From: Amphiscolops sp. MND2022
Lineage: Eukaryota
DNA length: 64,000 nucleotides
Assembly: GCA_964187785.1 (NCBI GenBank)
Contig: OZ076409.1
Coordinates: 98,272,001 to 98,336,000, forward strand
Direction: 5' to 3'
The translations under genes were made by a program, and so were the position numbers. Shown piece after piece: positions 52,347 to 64,000 of the stretch (its first letter is position 1; the number at the start of each line of letters is the position of its first letter). The notes beneath the pieces were generated by a model. The model was not told the origin of the DNA. It searched no databases and worked only from the letters and a program-made list of their open reading frames with translations.

Positions 52347-55300
52347 CTAATCAGTGCTGTCTTTTACCTTCTTAGGCTTCTTCTTATTTTTCTTCTGGGG
52401 ACTAGAACTCGTAGTAGCCTCTTTACTGGAACTTGACTTCCCAGTGGACCCAGCACGTTGACTAGAGCCTTTCCCTTTTGCCGACCCAGAAACATTGCCA
52501 CCACTCGTTGCTGCCACAGATGTACCCTGCAGTGCGCGGGCAAGACGATTACTCTTATTGAGATCAGAAAAATACGACTCGAAAGACTGACGGCGACCCA
52601 GTAAAAAGGTATCGTATAGGCCCTGATATCGGGACGCAAACGCCTCGGCAATTCCACTACAAAATTCCGTCCACAGATCAAAGTTCGGAGCCACGTAAAA
52701 CACCCCAACATCAGCGATTGCCTCTTCCACAGCGTCCAAAGTGGGATCAGTAAAAAAGCTTTTATGTGAATACCCAGGGCTCAACACACAACTCTGCACC
52801 AAGAGCAAACACTCGCGGAACTTCTGTTCGGATAACTTACTCCCGCTCAGGTCGAAAGTCACGGCAGGATAATTCTCACGAGGCCTGCCCGTAATCAATA
52901 CACACAGTTTCAAAACTCGATAAGCATGCACACGAGCTTGAAAACCAAAATCGCGCAGCAGTCAACTCACGATGTCAGGAATCTCACTAGCCACCCCCAT
53001 AGATGCCTCATGATGAGAACGCCTCTCCACAACGTAACTACTGAACTCCTATACCGCAGCCTTTGATTCATCGGACAATAGGGCCCCACAAGTCTCCAAG
53101 ATCCGACAAAGATCCGAAAATAGGAGGAAAACTAACTGTCCGTCACCTTCTAACAGAAGCTCTGGACAAAAGCTGTATAACCCGCGAGACACTCGGGATG
53201 ATGCGCTGGGACTCTTCAAGATCACCACAATCAGTCGGTCAAGAAACTCCCAACAACGCACGCGGAACGTAGTGAACTCGCTTGTCTTCCCAGCCAGCAA
53301 CTCACGCCCATAATCAGAACCAGCAAGAAAAGACTCCATGGCGATCGGAAGGAACTCGGCAACCTTCTCTACATCCATAAATTTCTCCCACTCATTCAAA
53401 GTGGGCAAGCTTTCAGTGCGTCGCGTCTTTAGTAGTAAACAATATACGAAGTCACACTATTCGCCATATCCGTGGAACCCGTAGTCACTCCGTCGCTGCA
53501 ACAATTTTGCACAATTGACGTGAACTAAAACAGATCGAAATAGTCAAGAAGGCCATTACGCAAACCACTCGGAAACAACAGAAAATAAAACACAAAAACA
53601 GTACTCAAACAGTTGGAGACAAGAGAACAGTCACAACACGAAACAATCCAGCATGATATACTCACAAGTATCGAGAACTAGCCGCAACAAACCGAAACGA
53701 TACGGCGTCATATTGTCCGCAATAATATGCCAGTCAGTCCCCTTCATCTAAAAACAAACACCTACTATATCAGAGGAAAGTAACAAGCATAGAAAAGCCA
53801 CAAAAAAAGGGGGAGAAGGGGAAGGAAAGACACACGTGACGAACAAGAAGAAACAACTAACGGTATCAGCTTTCTCATTAGCTTCGGGATGGCCTGTACA
53901 TCGAACGAAAGGTCGTATTATTGGCCACAGATCAATAACGTCAGATAAAAATTGACGGTAATCAGCAAAGTCCACGGAGCCCTGACGTACACATTTACGA
54001 AGAACAAATTTATCCTCCGTCCACTCCTCGTACAATGCACTCTTGAGGCGATGAATTAAATACTCCACTAAAGTTACTATGCTGACCATTCCGAAAACAT
54101 CTTTGTCAGCCTGCAACACACACTGGAGTAACGTCTCTCCATCAAAGGTTTGATGCACCACAAACCGACGTCCATCAGCGCGATTGTCGTCCAGTACCCG
54201 GATGAAAGACGGACTAGCCCCGAGAACAGATATAGGCAACTGGCTTGCGCTCAAACTGCCAACAACTTTGGACAAAGGCAACAATTCCGGTAGGGGTACA
54301 GCCTGATTCAAAGCTTCACAGCCAACACATATCTTCTTGACATCCTTGTCGTCCCAATACACAACGTAGCAGCGCTCATCCCCACACTCCTTTTCAAATT
54401 GGACGCCATAGCTCGGGAAACTCATGATGCTGCTAAGCATAGAACGCAACACCCGCGGAGCAAGACCTCGGCACAGAAACGACTAAAAAAACGCACAGTC
54501 AAACTTACCTCTGAAAACACTGGACTTGCACTTCTGAGGAAAACACCTTACAACTAGGAAAGAGGGGACACGTTAGAGAAAACTAGAAAAGAACAATGAC
54601 ACTACATAAAATACTAACCACGGTCTCGGAACGACTCCAATTTAAAGCAAACTGTGGCTCTTGCTCCTCGCTCAATGATGCAAGAAAGTGGCCCCACAAT
54701 CGACGAAGTAACAGGAAATCGCCTCCACTACGTAATAGCTCGCACAGACAGCCCACCAAAGTCATGAAGGGCACTTTCGAACCAACCCGAGAGTGTTTCG
54801 GCAATAGCTCTTCAGGGAACGGGTATCCGTCACTAAGGTCTTCAAAAGGCCGCGATTGATACTCCGCTAATTGACTGGCAGACAACTCCATTGGCTCCAT
54901 AAGCCTGTTCAACACTGGTAACTTCATGTGTACACGATAAGTCACATCCTTGAACCAGTGACTGTCGGACTGGAAGTGACGAGCAAATTCACCAGAGCCA
55001 TGAGCCTTCATACCGACATCTCGGCGACAAACGCGACAGAAGAAAAACTTGCCGTTACCACTCCGAGGCCCCGACACAAAATCGGGGAACGCTGGATGGA
55101 GATTTAGCATCCGTCGATGAAGGTAATTGCGGCTGCTGTATTTCTTTTCCTTAGGCCGTTTAAACAGCCGGTCTCCCATCTTCTCAACAAAATCGTCAAG
55201 ACCTAGAACATACACCAACAACCATTGAGTGAACCGTCATATGCAACAAAGCATTACCACCAAAGAAAAAAAAAGAAGAAAGAACCAACCGGTCTGAAGC

Positions 55301-56243
55301 CGAGTCTCCACCTGGCCCGCAAGCTGACGCCCAAATTCCAATATGTCCTGCGGACTGAGAGCAGTACCACCAGTGAGAAGCAGAGGCTCTGGCTCATCTT
55401 GACCTGCACAAAACAACACCAAATACCCACCTAATATCAAACACCGAAGATAATGATTATCGTCAAAGAAAAACACTGACTAATCCATCCAGGAGCACGA
55501 GTCAAAGGTGGAGGCGGAGGAACAATCTTTTTAGCACGCTTAGGCGGGGTCGCAAAATTGACTGACGTCCTACGGGCAGCACTCGGTTCACCTGCCCAAC
55601 AAAACACAAACAGGATTTATAAAAAACACCACAGACTCGCTTATTCTAGTCATTCAAAATTACAAACCCTTCTTCGCAATTTGAATGAGGGGGGCATCAG
55701 TCTCACTTCCTTGAGACTCACTATCTGAACCATCAGTGGGGGAAGGAACAGGATCTGGGACATGGGGTTGCCCCTCATCAGGATCAATGCCGGCACTCGT
55801 TGGATCTTCAGCGGAACACGAAAGGAAAAGTCCGGATGAAGGCCCAGATTCAGACGCACTAAGCGCGGAAGTCAACATATCATTGACAGAAGCACGAACA
55901 GTCAGAACAGTTGAAACCGGAGGCAACACGGAAGAACTGGAAACAACTACTGCCGCGGAAGTGACACAAGTAATAGCGGCTGAAGTTGAGACAGGTTGAG
56001 GTACTGAAAATCAAGATCTGGTTTGACGCGTCAGAGTTACGGGTAAGACTACAAAAAGGCTGATCACCAAAAACAAGACAGTCCAATTACCCATGGAAGT
56101 CAGAAAGATTTTTACCAACCTGCTCTAGCACGGACAAATTCTGTCTCCAATTGCACATCGTCATCGGTGTAATTAAATGTTGTTTCATTCCCACTAAGGA
56201 AACCAACAGATGGCACATGAGGGGGATTACCTTCATTATCCAT
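52347..56243 (-). pseudogene. Antisense ~8-exon gene encoding a hAT-transposase-like protein (BED-like Zn finger, degenerate RNase H core, hATC-like C-terminus)
   Basis: Exons 56243-56120, 56003-55668, 55591-~55485, 55403-55290, 55202-54619, 54482-53862, 53747-53666 and 53524-52347, with phase-compatible GT-AG introns (exon 3 donor unclear). The last exon has a few stops and a frameshift. Confidence 0.78.
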
Positions 56244-56399
56244 CGCGGGCAAGCAGCGGAAGAAATCTTCAAAACGATTTAAAACAAGAAAAGAACAATT
56301 AGGAAGATACAGTCAAAAGAAGAATACATTCTGAATTTTTCAGAAACGTCTAAGCTTAAGGAAAACGTTAACGGAAGATTAACGAAATACAAATTGGTC

Positions 56400-56734
56400 A
56401 AATCAAGGAAAAAATACTAAGAAAGAGGAAATAATTTGCATGCCATGACGTCACACAAACGATATCCCTTCGGGAAGGAATTGATGACACCATAACGAAA
56501 TCCAAATTTAGAAACTTCATCTCAACGGTTCAGCCAATCACAGCGCAGATGGAAGTGAAAAGCTTTCCGGAGATAAAACGAACCGAAATAAGAAGAAAAA
56601 TATCAGCCAATAGGAATACAGGAAAAACACGAATAGAAGAAAATTGACCTCTTCATTTGCCGTACAATTAAAGTAAAGAAAAGTTTGGCCAGAATTAATT
56701 CTTCAAGTCCCAGACAAAAATTGCTAAAAGAAAA
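56400..56734. promoter_or_regulatory. Putative bidirectional internal promoter
   Basis: Lies between divergent ATGs (56243 minus, 56735 plus); contains TGACGTCA (~56446) and two CAGCCAAT boxes (~56531, ~56604). Confidence 0.4.
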
Positions 56735-57392
56735 ATGGACAACTATGCCCTTGTCATCGACATCTCTTCGGATGAAGAAAACCAGAGTTACAGTACGCCG
56801 ATCAAAACTTTGCCCGTAAACATGGTGGGGAGACTCAATTTAGGTGATTCCTCCGTAGAAGTATGGCGAGGAAGCGAGGCGGACCTTGATTCTACTCAGG
56901 AATCAGTATCGACTTTCGAGTCTGATACGGAGGAAGCTTTTGTTGTCGGTTGTCGAGTCACACCAGAAAGAAAATTCTGAAGACTACTATGAAGAGCCGG
57001 ATTCGTCCCGCGAGATGCCCGAGCTGACCCGTGCCCCTATACTTACAGACATCTCGAACGAAAAAGAATACGTCCCCCCGTCAAAGACAGAGAAGTTGAA
57101 TGATCTAGACGAGCCTTCCATTAAAGAAATAGAAGAAACCCACGGGCTATCTATGACGGAAGATTACTACTGTACCGCAGGAAGAGGGAACTCATTCACT
57201 TCCGCGAGAATCAGGAGAGCACGGAAACAACCCGTACTTATCGCCAGAGAAATTCCGCATTGCCCCAGGCCGTGGTCAACAAACTACAGAGGCGCCCTGT
57301 CACGACCCGCTCCCGGTCGGGATTTTTCCTGTTGCGGAGGAATTCCGAAATTCGCAAGAGGGCGAGGACATGGCAATACCTCACAAAATTAG
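56735..57392 (+). pseudogene. Acidic accessory ORF (one frameshift) reading into the 3' LTR
   Basis: ORFs 56735-56980 and 56886-57392 overlap and look like one S/D/E-rich protein, with N-terminal LVIDISSDEE and a basic RG-rich C-terminus. Confidence 0.55.
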
Positions 57393-59423
57393 GTAAAAAA
57401 CTTCGACTGATCACTTACCTTTGTTTAACTGTAGTACGAGTTAATAATCAGAACAAAAGGATTTTAGTCTAACGAAAGCGATAAGTAAAATATCCAAAAG
57501 TGATTTTAGACGGAACGAAACTTCCGGTATAAAGTTTTCATACGTGACCGTTCCGTTACTTCCGGTTTCGTCAGCTGAAAATTCCATACAAATCTAAATA
57601 ACAAATTAAAAACATTCTTAACTTTGGGACCTTTTCTTTTCCACACTAAAATGAAAACACCAAAATGAAATTCAATTCTGAGGTCCCAACGGAATTCATA
57701 TAATCTAAAATGAAAGAACATACAAAGAGAATGGCGGAATTGTTTTCCAATGATTGAATAGTTGTGAATATCCACTTAAGAATGCAATTAAGCAACTTAA
57801 GAGAATATTTACAACGTAATGACGGCGTCACTCAGCTTGATTGAAGAGTAGGTTTTTCTATTTTTACGGACCAATAGCGTCGTCTTTCACCATCCCTAGT
57901 TACCATAGCAACGCCAGTTGAGCGAGAGACTAAGAGTGAATTTGTTAATGCTGTTCGCTCTGTCTCCGCAAGCAAGCGCCGCTCAGCTATACCTAATCTT
58001 AATACGTACGGAGTGCTTACGGAGCAAATTGTAATGCGAAAAAGCTATAACCAATCTTAATACGTACGGAGCGCTTACGGAACAAATTATGAAATGACAA
58101 GGTTATGCCTAATGTTAATTCATACAGAATGACTAAAAAGAAATGCTACAAGATCAAAATTGTTCTAATATATCAAGATATTCCTTATGCTATACGGAAC
58201 CGAAAAGGAATGTTCAAAATATTATAACATTAAAATAATACCTTTATGAATTGTTCCCGTTTAATACCTAGTAAAATTGATCGTACTACAGGTTAAAACA
58301 AAGGAAATCATTAAAAAAAGGTGCTTTCCTTCATTTTGAAAAGGATGTTTTGTACACTCAATATGTTATGTTCTTTGGGCTAAATGAGCCATTGATCTGT
58401 ATTAATCAAACCATCATGTTCCAATACATGTAAAATTAGTTCAGAAGCTTAAAATGATTCTGTGTTATATTGTTTGCCATCTCAGCTCTTGATCGGTATT
58501 AACCGTTTTTTCCAGCATCATTTGTTCTTTTCAAAATGTTCCCAGCACATTTATCTAAAATCACTCCGAGATATTTCCGTAGTCAATTTTGCTTGTCATT
58601 CTTTTACCGCGAACAAGATGATTTTCACTAGTGTCGAGATGAATCATTGATCACGCCAGCGTGCCTTTCGCGATGAAAATTCAACTAGACTTTCATTTTG
58701 CCGCCTTTTCCACGATCAAACCGGAAATGATGATAATGAACAAAAATGATTTCAACAAGCACTCCGTATGGGAGCCGTGACTAGGAATTTTAAATCGTGA
58801 ACAATTAATTAAAGGGTTGAAATAATAAGGATGATTAAGCAATTTTGATGAACAAAACCGATTTTAAGGATTCCTAGGAAGTTTTACGTGAGGAACAAAT
58901 GATGCTATGAAAGTATATATACCTGGGAATATGTAAAATCTGTTAATCTGTTTTAATCTGCTACGTTAATACTTCGTTTCAAAACCATATTTCTTTGAAG
59001 AATTCGAGTTTTCCAAAGAACAACCTCTCTCTCTTTCTAAAATGACTACTAGAAGCCAGAAGAGAAAAGCTGTTGAAGAGCTAGTTCCTACTGAAATTGA
59101 GACCCCAATACCTGAGACTAACCAAAACTTAAATCCCGTAGCGGGAACGAGCAAATCTCCTAGAGTACTCACTGAAAATCTAGAGGAAATCAAGTCTTCA
59201 TTGAGGAAAGAGATCATGTCTGATCTTACTAAAATCCTAGCTGAAAACCAAAAGGAGATGCTAAAACTAATAGCTCCTACTGTTAAAAAGCAAACCATCA
59301 TAACCGCCACTGAGGAAACAGATTCTGAATCCGAAAACATTCCGGAAAATGCAACTTCAACACCGATCAAAAATAAAACCACTGCGACTACCCGTAAAAT
59401 TACACCGGTAAATAGTCGTAACA
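57298..59423 (+). repeat. 3' LTR (2126 bp)
   Basis: Same termini as the 5' LTR, with one fewer 58 bp internal repeat unit. Confidence 0.96.
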
Positions 59424-59968
59424 GTCGCCTTTTCAAAATGGGACGAAGTGCCGCTTGGGACGAAGTTTCGCTTTCTCGAGTTTGGGGCGAATTGTCGCTT
59501 GAGACTAATTGTCGCACAACATTCGCATTTGCCTAAACCGTTTGTTTCCGGTTTGACACTAAGAGAAAGCATCTATTACCTTTAGAAAACTTAATATTTG
59601 CGAAACTAGATGAGATCAAAGCCCGAATTGTCAGTTTAATGCCAGCTTTTTTAAGAGTTCATTTGATTTCACCAAAGGTACCCTTCTCGATTTGTTTGTG
59701 TTTTCACTGAACGAAAGTTTTCGACCCTAAAAGGCTCCCCATTTTATTTTTTCAGCACTGGAGTTTTTACCAGTCAAAACGAAGTTTCCACGAAGTCGTG
59801 CTTCAAAACGGGACTAGACTTTGACCAATTAACTTTTTCGAAAAAAAGTGGCCTTGTGCCGTTGTTGTATCTAAGAATATGTGGAAAAGAGATTGTAGTT
59901 TGAAATTCAACTATTCTGTAAAACGTATTTTTTCGTTATCATCAGGTGATGAGTTTCATCTGCACTTA

Positions 59969-62900
59969 TGTGACAGGCAGGTACTTGACTATAAATAGCA
60001 TTAGCATCAATAATAGAAAATAACAATAAGGCAGACTGATTAGTTTCGGACTGAGTTCGTCTGTCCTCTACATTCCTCACTCTACAGTCCTCTACAGTCC
60101 TCCACTGTTGGCTGATGATTGGCCAATGGGGGCGTTCTGGTTTTTATTGTATTGTGGCGGTCGGTCCTCCACTGGTCCAGTGTTTGGTGGACGGTTAACT
60201 GTTCCTGGCAGTTTTGTTTGTTTCGGTTCACAATTGGCCGTAACGTCTGAATTTGTGTTTTTGACCAGTCTAGAGCTCGTCTTCTTTCCCCTACGGTTGA
60301 GCAGCTGGTTGATTAGGTGTGGTTCCCGACTTCAGTCTTTCCACGGAGTTTCCTGTAATCATGCCAATTAGGATTATTGTATCTTATATTTGGATTAAGT
60401 TTTGTCAGTCTCTTTGATCTGCGTATGGCATCGGTACTGACTTTCGGTACTTGAGCTCAGATTACTTGCTAGGTCTAGATCAGAAATTTCAACGTTATCT
60501 TCTAAAGTATTCGAATTGGTGTTATTATCAGGAAATACCTTACCGTTTTCGTCTCTGATCAAAATTTCTTGGTCAGCGCATTTAGCGTCGTCGATGGCAC
60601 GGTCTACTTCCGTGTCGTCATGTTTGTTGAGATAATGGTCAGTGGGCCCGGTGCGGTCGGGAGTTTGAGCTGGTGCTCCGAACGTACTTTTTTTGAGTGT
60701 TGTATTGTCGAGGTGCTCTGGTGACTTCGGACTCTCTATGTCCATTGATGGCGTCTCCGACTTGCTGTCCGATTCTATCACCATCGCACGTTTTTGTTTG
60801 GATGGTGATCTGATAAATTGGCCGTTCGTTCCGCTTGGTCCAATCCCTCTGTTGTGTTGTTCATGGGTAAAATCAGAAATGGGTTTACTAATCATTTTCC
60901 TATGTAGGATTCTTACGGTTGCGGTAGTTACTGTATGTTTTGTGAGCGATATTGAAAATTGTGGTTTATCGGAGTATGCACTTTCAAATTTATTACGTTG
61001 ATGTTTTTCTCTAAAAACAAAAAGGGGTAGTTACTAACTCCTTTTGCGTTTTTCTTCGGCTTCATTGGCAGCTGGTCAGACACACCGCCAGCTCCACTGA
61101 ATGAGTATACCTGCAAGGTATCTGGTTTCTCTAATTTATCGAGGTTCAGTAAGTTACTCACTTCCGTGTTCGGTTTTCGGTCGTAATGTAGATCGAAGGC
61201 AGATTTTTTTTAACGTGTGTGTGTTGTTTTTCTCATTACGTCCAGCGATGAATCCAGAGCTTTGCCGAAACGTTCTCCGGCTTTGTTTGTTAAAAGGTTT
61301 TCCCTCAACGTTCTGACCCCCCGTTCTACCAAACCGGTGGGGTGTGATGATACGGTGTGAAAATATACTTTTTGCAGAAGTCTCTAAACAGGCGTCCCGT
61401 AAAGGCGGTAGCCTTATCGGTTCTTATGATTTCTTCCTTTGGATTGTCTAACCGGGGAAGATGGTTTGTTTCCGTGCTTGGTATTTTAGGCCTAATACTC
61501 TTACCGGACATTTTGCAGGGGATGCATGATTCGCATTATTTTTGGATTGCCTCGGCCATTTTCGGCCATCAGAAATGTCGTGCGGCAATTGTCATTTTGT
61601 TGACGGCAGGGTGACCCTTGTGTAGTAAGCTGATAATAGTTGTTCGGAGGTTCTTTGGTACAATTATTTTGTCCTCGAAAAAAACCAAACCGAAACGGCT
61701 CATAGCTTCTTTGTGTGGGGTTGATATTCATCCGGTATTTGATCCTGTTGTTGACGTTCCAGGCAGACCAAAATTTTTAATAGGGTTGGGTCGTTAGTTG
61801 TCTCATTCAGTAGCAGCTGTAAGTCTGTTGAGAGGTTCTTTTCTGTTTTTCGCACAGCCTTTTCGAGGTCCCAATTGTGGTCTTCTTAGGCTATGATTTT
61901 TGGGACGTGTCCCACGTATTGGACGGTTTTTTACTCCCACATAGTGTGCCCAATTTATTGCGGGGACTTCCAGAATTGATGGGTCTTGATCCTTCTCGGA
62001 ATCAATTTCACCCTCCTCTATTGGCATGGGGGCATAGTGTTTGCGCCCGTTGTGGCTGATGGTGGTCCGGGTAGGTCTTGTTGGTGTTGGGCCGGAGTGG
62101 GTCTATCTATTTCCCAGAATGGATCTACGGTCCATTGCTCTGACCGTCCTGTCTGGGGTTGAAAGCCGCTGCTATGTTGGGGACCAATTCTTTGTCTTAA
62201 GTCGCCTTGATGATGATTTGTTGTAATCTTTCCTCGATTACGCGCCTTTCGTTCCTTAAGAACTTTGGTTCGTGGTAATTCTTCCACTTCTCTCCGATCA
62301 TACGGTAAATGCCGGGTTTCACAATTTCTTTCCAGCGTTGAATTTCAGCTGTGGTTTTAGCTGAAGAATCTACAGCTGCTTAATTCTCGATGGTTTTAAT
62401 GTTCATTTTAGCGTCAATTTTTGCTGTTGCGTTACGTGTGAAAGTTGTGTTGTTAAGGCAATCAATGGCAATTTGTTTGCGCGTGTCTTGTAACCGCGGT
62501 TTATTTTTTACTTTGCGTTCGTTTTGGTTGACGTGGTTGCTAAGGCAACCGTGTTTGGAGATGAACTTGTAGTGTGGTATAATGTTATTGATGACGTATC
62601 CTTCGTCGAACGCTTCGTCTGTTTGCGGCAACGCTCACGGATTTCTGCTCAAGTAACCTGTGAGTGCTAAGTGTTTGATTGCGATAGGGTTTACGTTGAT
62701 GGTGAAATGTGCTAACCGGTCCAACCATCTTGTTAACCGTGCGCTATACGTCCTAATGAATCAATTCCGTTTAATTAATAGTACCAGAGCTTCGTGATCC
62801 CTGAGTAATTTATTCGGCTCACTGTAAATGTATAATCGGAAGTGTTTTAATTATCAAACTACAGCCAGTAGTTCGAGTTCATTTCTCGCGTATTACTTTT

Positions 62901-64000
62901 CGGTATCCGAAAGGAATCGACTTGCGAAACCGATCGAATTTAACTTTCCATCTGGTTGTTCTTGCCAGAGCGTTGCACCGAGGCGTCTCGCACTGGCGTC
63001 GGTTATTACGTTTGGGTAGTTCAAGTTATAATGAGCCAGACACGGTATCTCCGTGAGTTTTCGCTTGAGATTTTCAAATGCTTGTGTATGTTCTCCCGTC
63101 CATAACAAGTCAGTCTTTCTTTAAGAGCTGTCTTAGAATGTCCGTTTGTGCGGAAAGATTATCTATGTATTTGGACAGATATTGGATGACCCCAAGAATG
63201 ACTTGAGTTTTTTCGTTGTTGGGTTGTTTCAGATTTTTTATTGCCATCAGCTTGTCTAATTCTGTTTTGGTCTATTTTATGACCGATCCATTCGATCTCC
63301 GTTTTTAAAAATTCGAATTTGTTTTTGCTGAGTCTGTATCCAGCGTTTTCTAGTCGAGTTAACACTTCTATTAACTCCTTCTTGTGTTGTTCTTTTGAGT
63401 CTTTGGTTACGATGATGATACCATCTAACCACGCTGGGTGTTTTTTCCAGCGTCTGGTCAATTTTTCCTGAAAGATGGTCGGTATGTCCGTTATCCCGTA
63501 GAAACCCTTCAGGAACCGATAATAAACGGTGAAGTCACCGCCGGTTACGGCAAAAATGCATAGGTTTCGGGCGTCTCTGGATAATAGTAACTGGCCATAT
63601 GCGTAATCCAGGTCAAGTTTTGAAGTCCAAATTTCGTCTCCTGGACCATCCGCAATTTTTCTTGGAAATAAATTTCTGGAATTTAATTCCTCCATGTTGG
63701 GCATTTGTGCTTTTCCCCTTATGGTGATTTCATTGAGTTTTCGTGAGTTGAGGGCGAATTTTACCGACTTGCCCTTCTTTACCGTATTTACGGCCGGACT
63801 AACAAAACCGTTTTCATCAATATTGTTTGCTTTTTTAATATGGCCTTGTTTCATGAGTTTGTTCATTTCTTTTCCGACCGATTGTTGTAAGTGTTGTATC
63901 GACTTTGCGTCTTCCTTTAATTGTACTTTTACTTCGAGTCCATTCACGGTGTGGTTTTCCATTCAAGGCAGACTAATTAATTTCTGATTTCTGACTGAGT
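59969..64000 (-). mobile_element. Decayed Gypsy LTR retrotransposon, truncated by the window end
   Basis: RT KLDLDYAYGQ, FYGITDIPTIFQE, WLDG; RNase H TDASARRLGATLWQ..GFASRFL; integrase fragments IRTDKATAFT. Same clade as 2141-11899. Confidence 0.88.

Larger units (their letters stand above)
43768..59423 (+). mobile_element. Full-length Ty3/Gypsy LTR retrotransposon, 15.66 kb, with long LTRs and accessory genes
   Basis: TG...CA LTRs at 43768-45947 and 57298-59423; 5 bp TSD GTCGC at 43763-43767 and 59424-59428; gag-PR-RT-RH-IN order. Confidence 0.97.

Noticed and set aside
54510..54546. Possible extra micro-exon with a GTAAGT donor in the antisense gene
   Set aside because: Its phase does not fit and the following intron would be ~27 nt; the direct 54619-54482 join restores the motif.
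52138..57297. env-like gene in the extra 3' region of the large Gypsy
   Set aside because: No sense ORF with signal peptide, furin site and TM anchor; the coding signal is antisense and hAT-like.
59042..59536. 164-aa ORF as an independent gene
   Set aside because: It is the LTR-encoded gag N-terminus reading out into flanking DNA.

Overview
AT-rich eukaryotic, probably invertebrate animal, DNA dominated by repeats. The only clear host gene is a clan-3-like cytochrome P450 on the + strand. Five of its exons lie at 200-30100 and its 5' exon(s) are outside the window. Its ~10.7 kb and ~16 kb introns are filled with mobile DNA: a decayed Gypsy with a recent 3.85 kb tandem duplication, DINE-1/HINE-like elements, a MITE and a fossil Polinton/Maverick-like virus (pPolB, packaging ATPase). 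The fossil virus sits beside a secreted EGF-ligand-like pseudogene and a highly divergent uS5/RPS2-like pseudogene, all between long degenerate inverted repeats. The right half holds an RT-less Gypsy, a Tc1 fossil, another decayed Gypsy and a 15.7 kb Gypsy with ~2.2 kb LTRs and a GTCGC TSD. That last element is the most striking. Between integrase and the 3' LTR it carries an antisense, ~8-exon spliced gene whose motifs follow a hAT-transposase layout with degenerate catalytic residues, plus a divergently oriented ORF with a SUMO-interacting-like motif. All homology calls are by-eye motif recognition; no searches were run.
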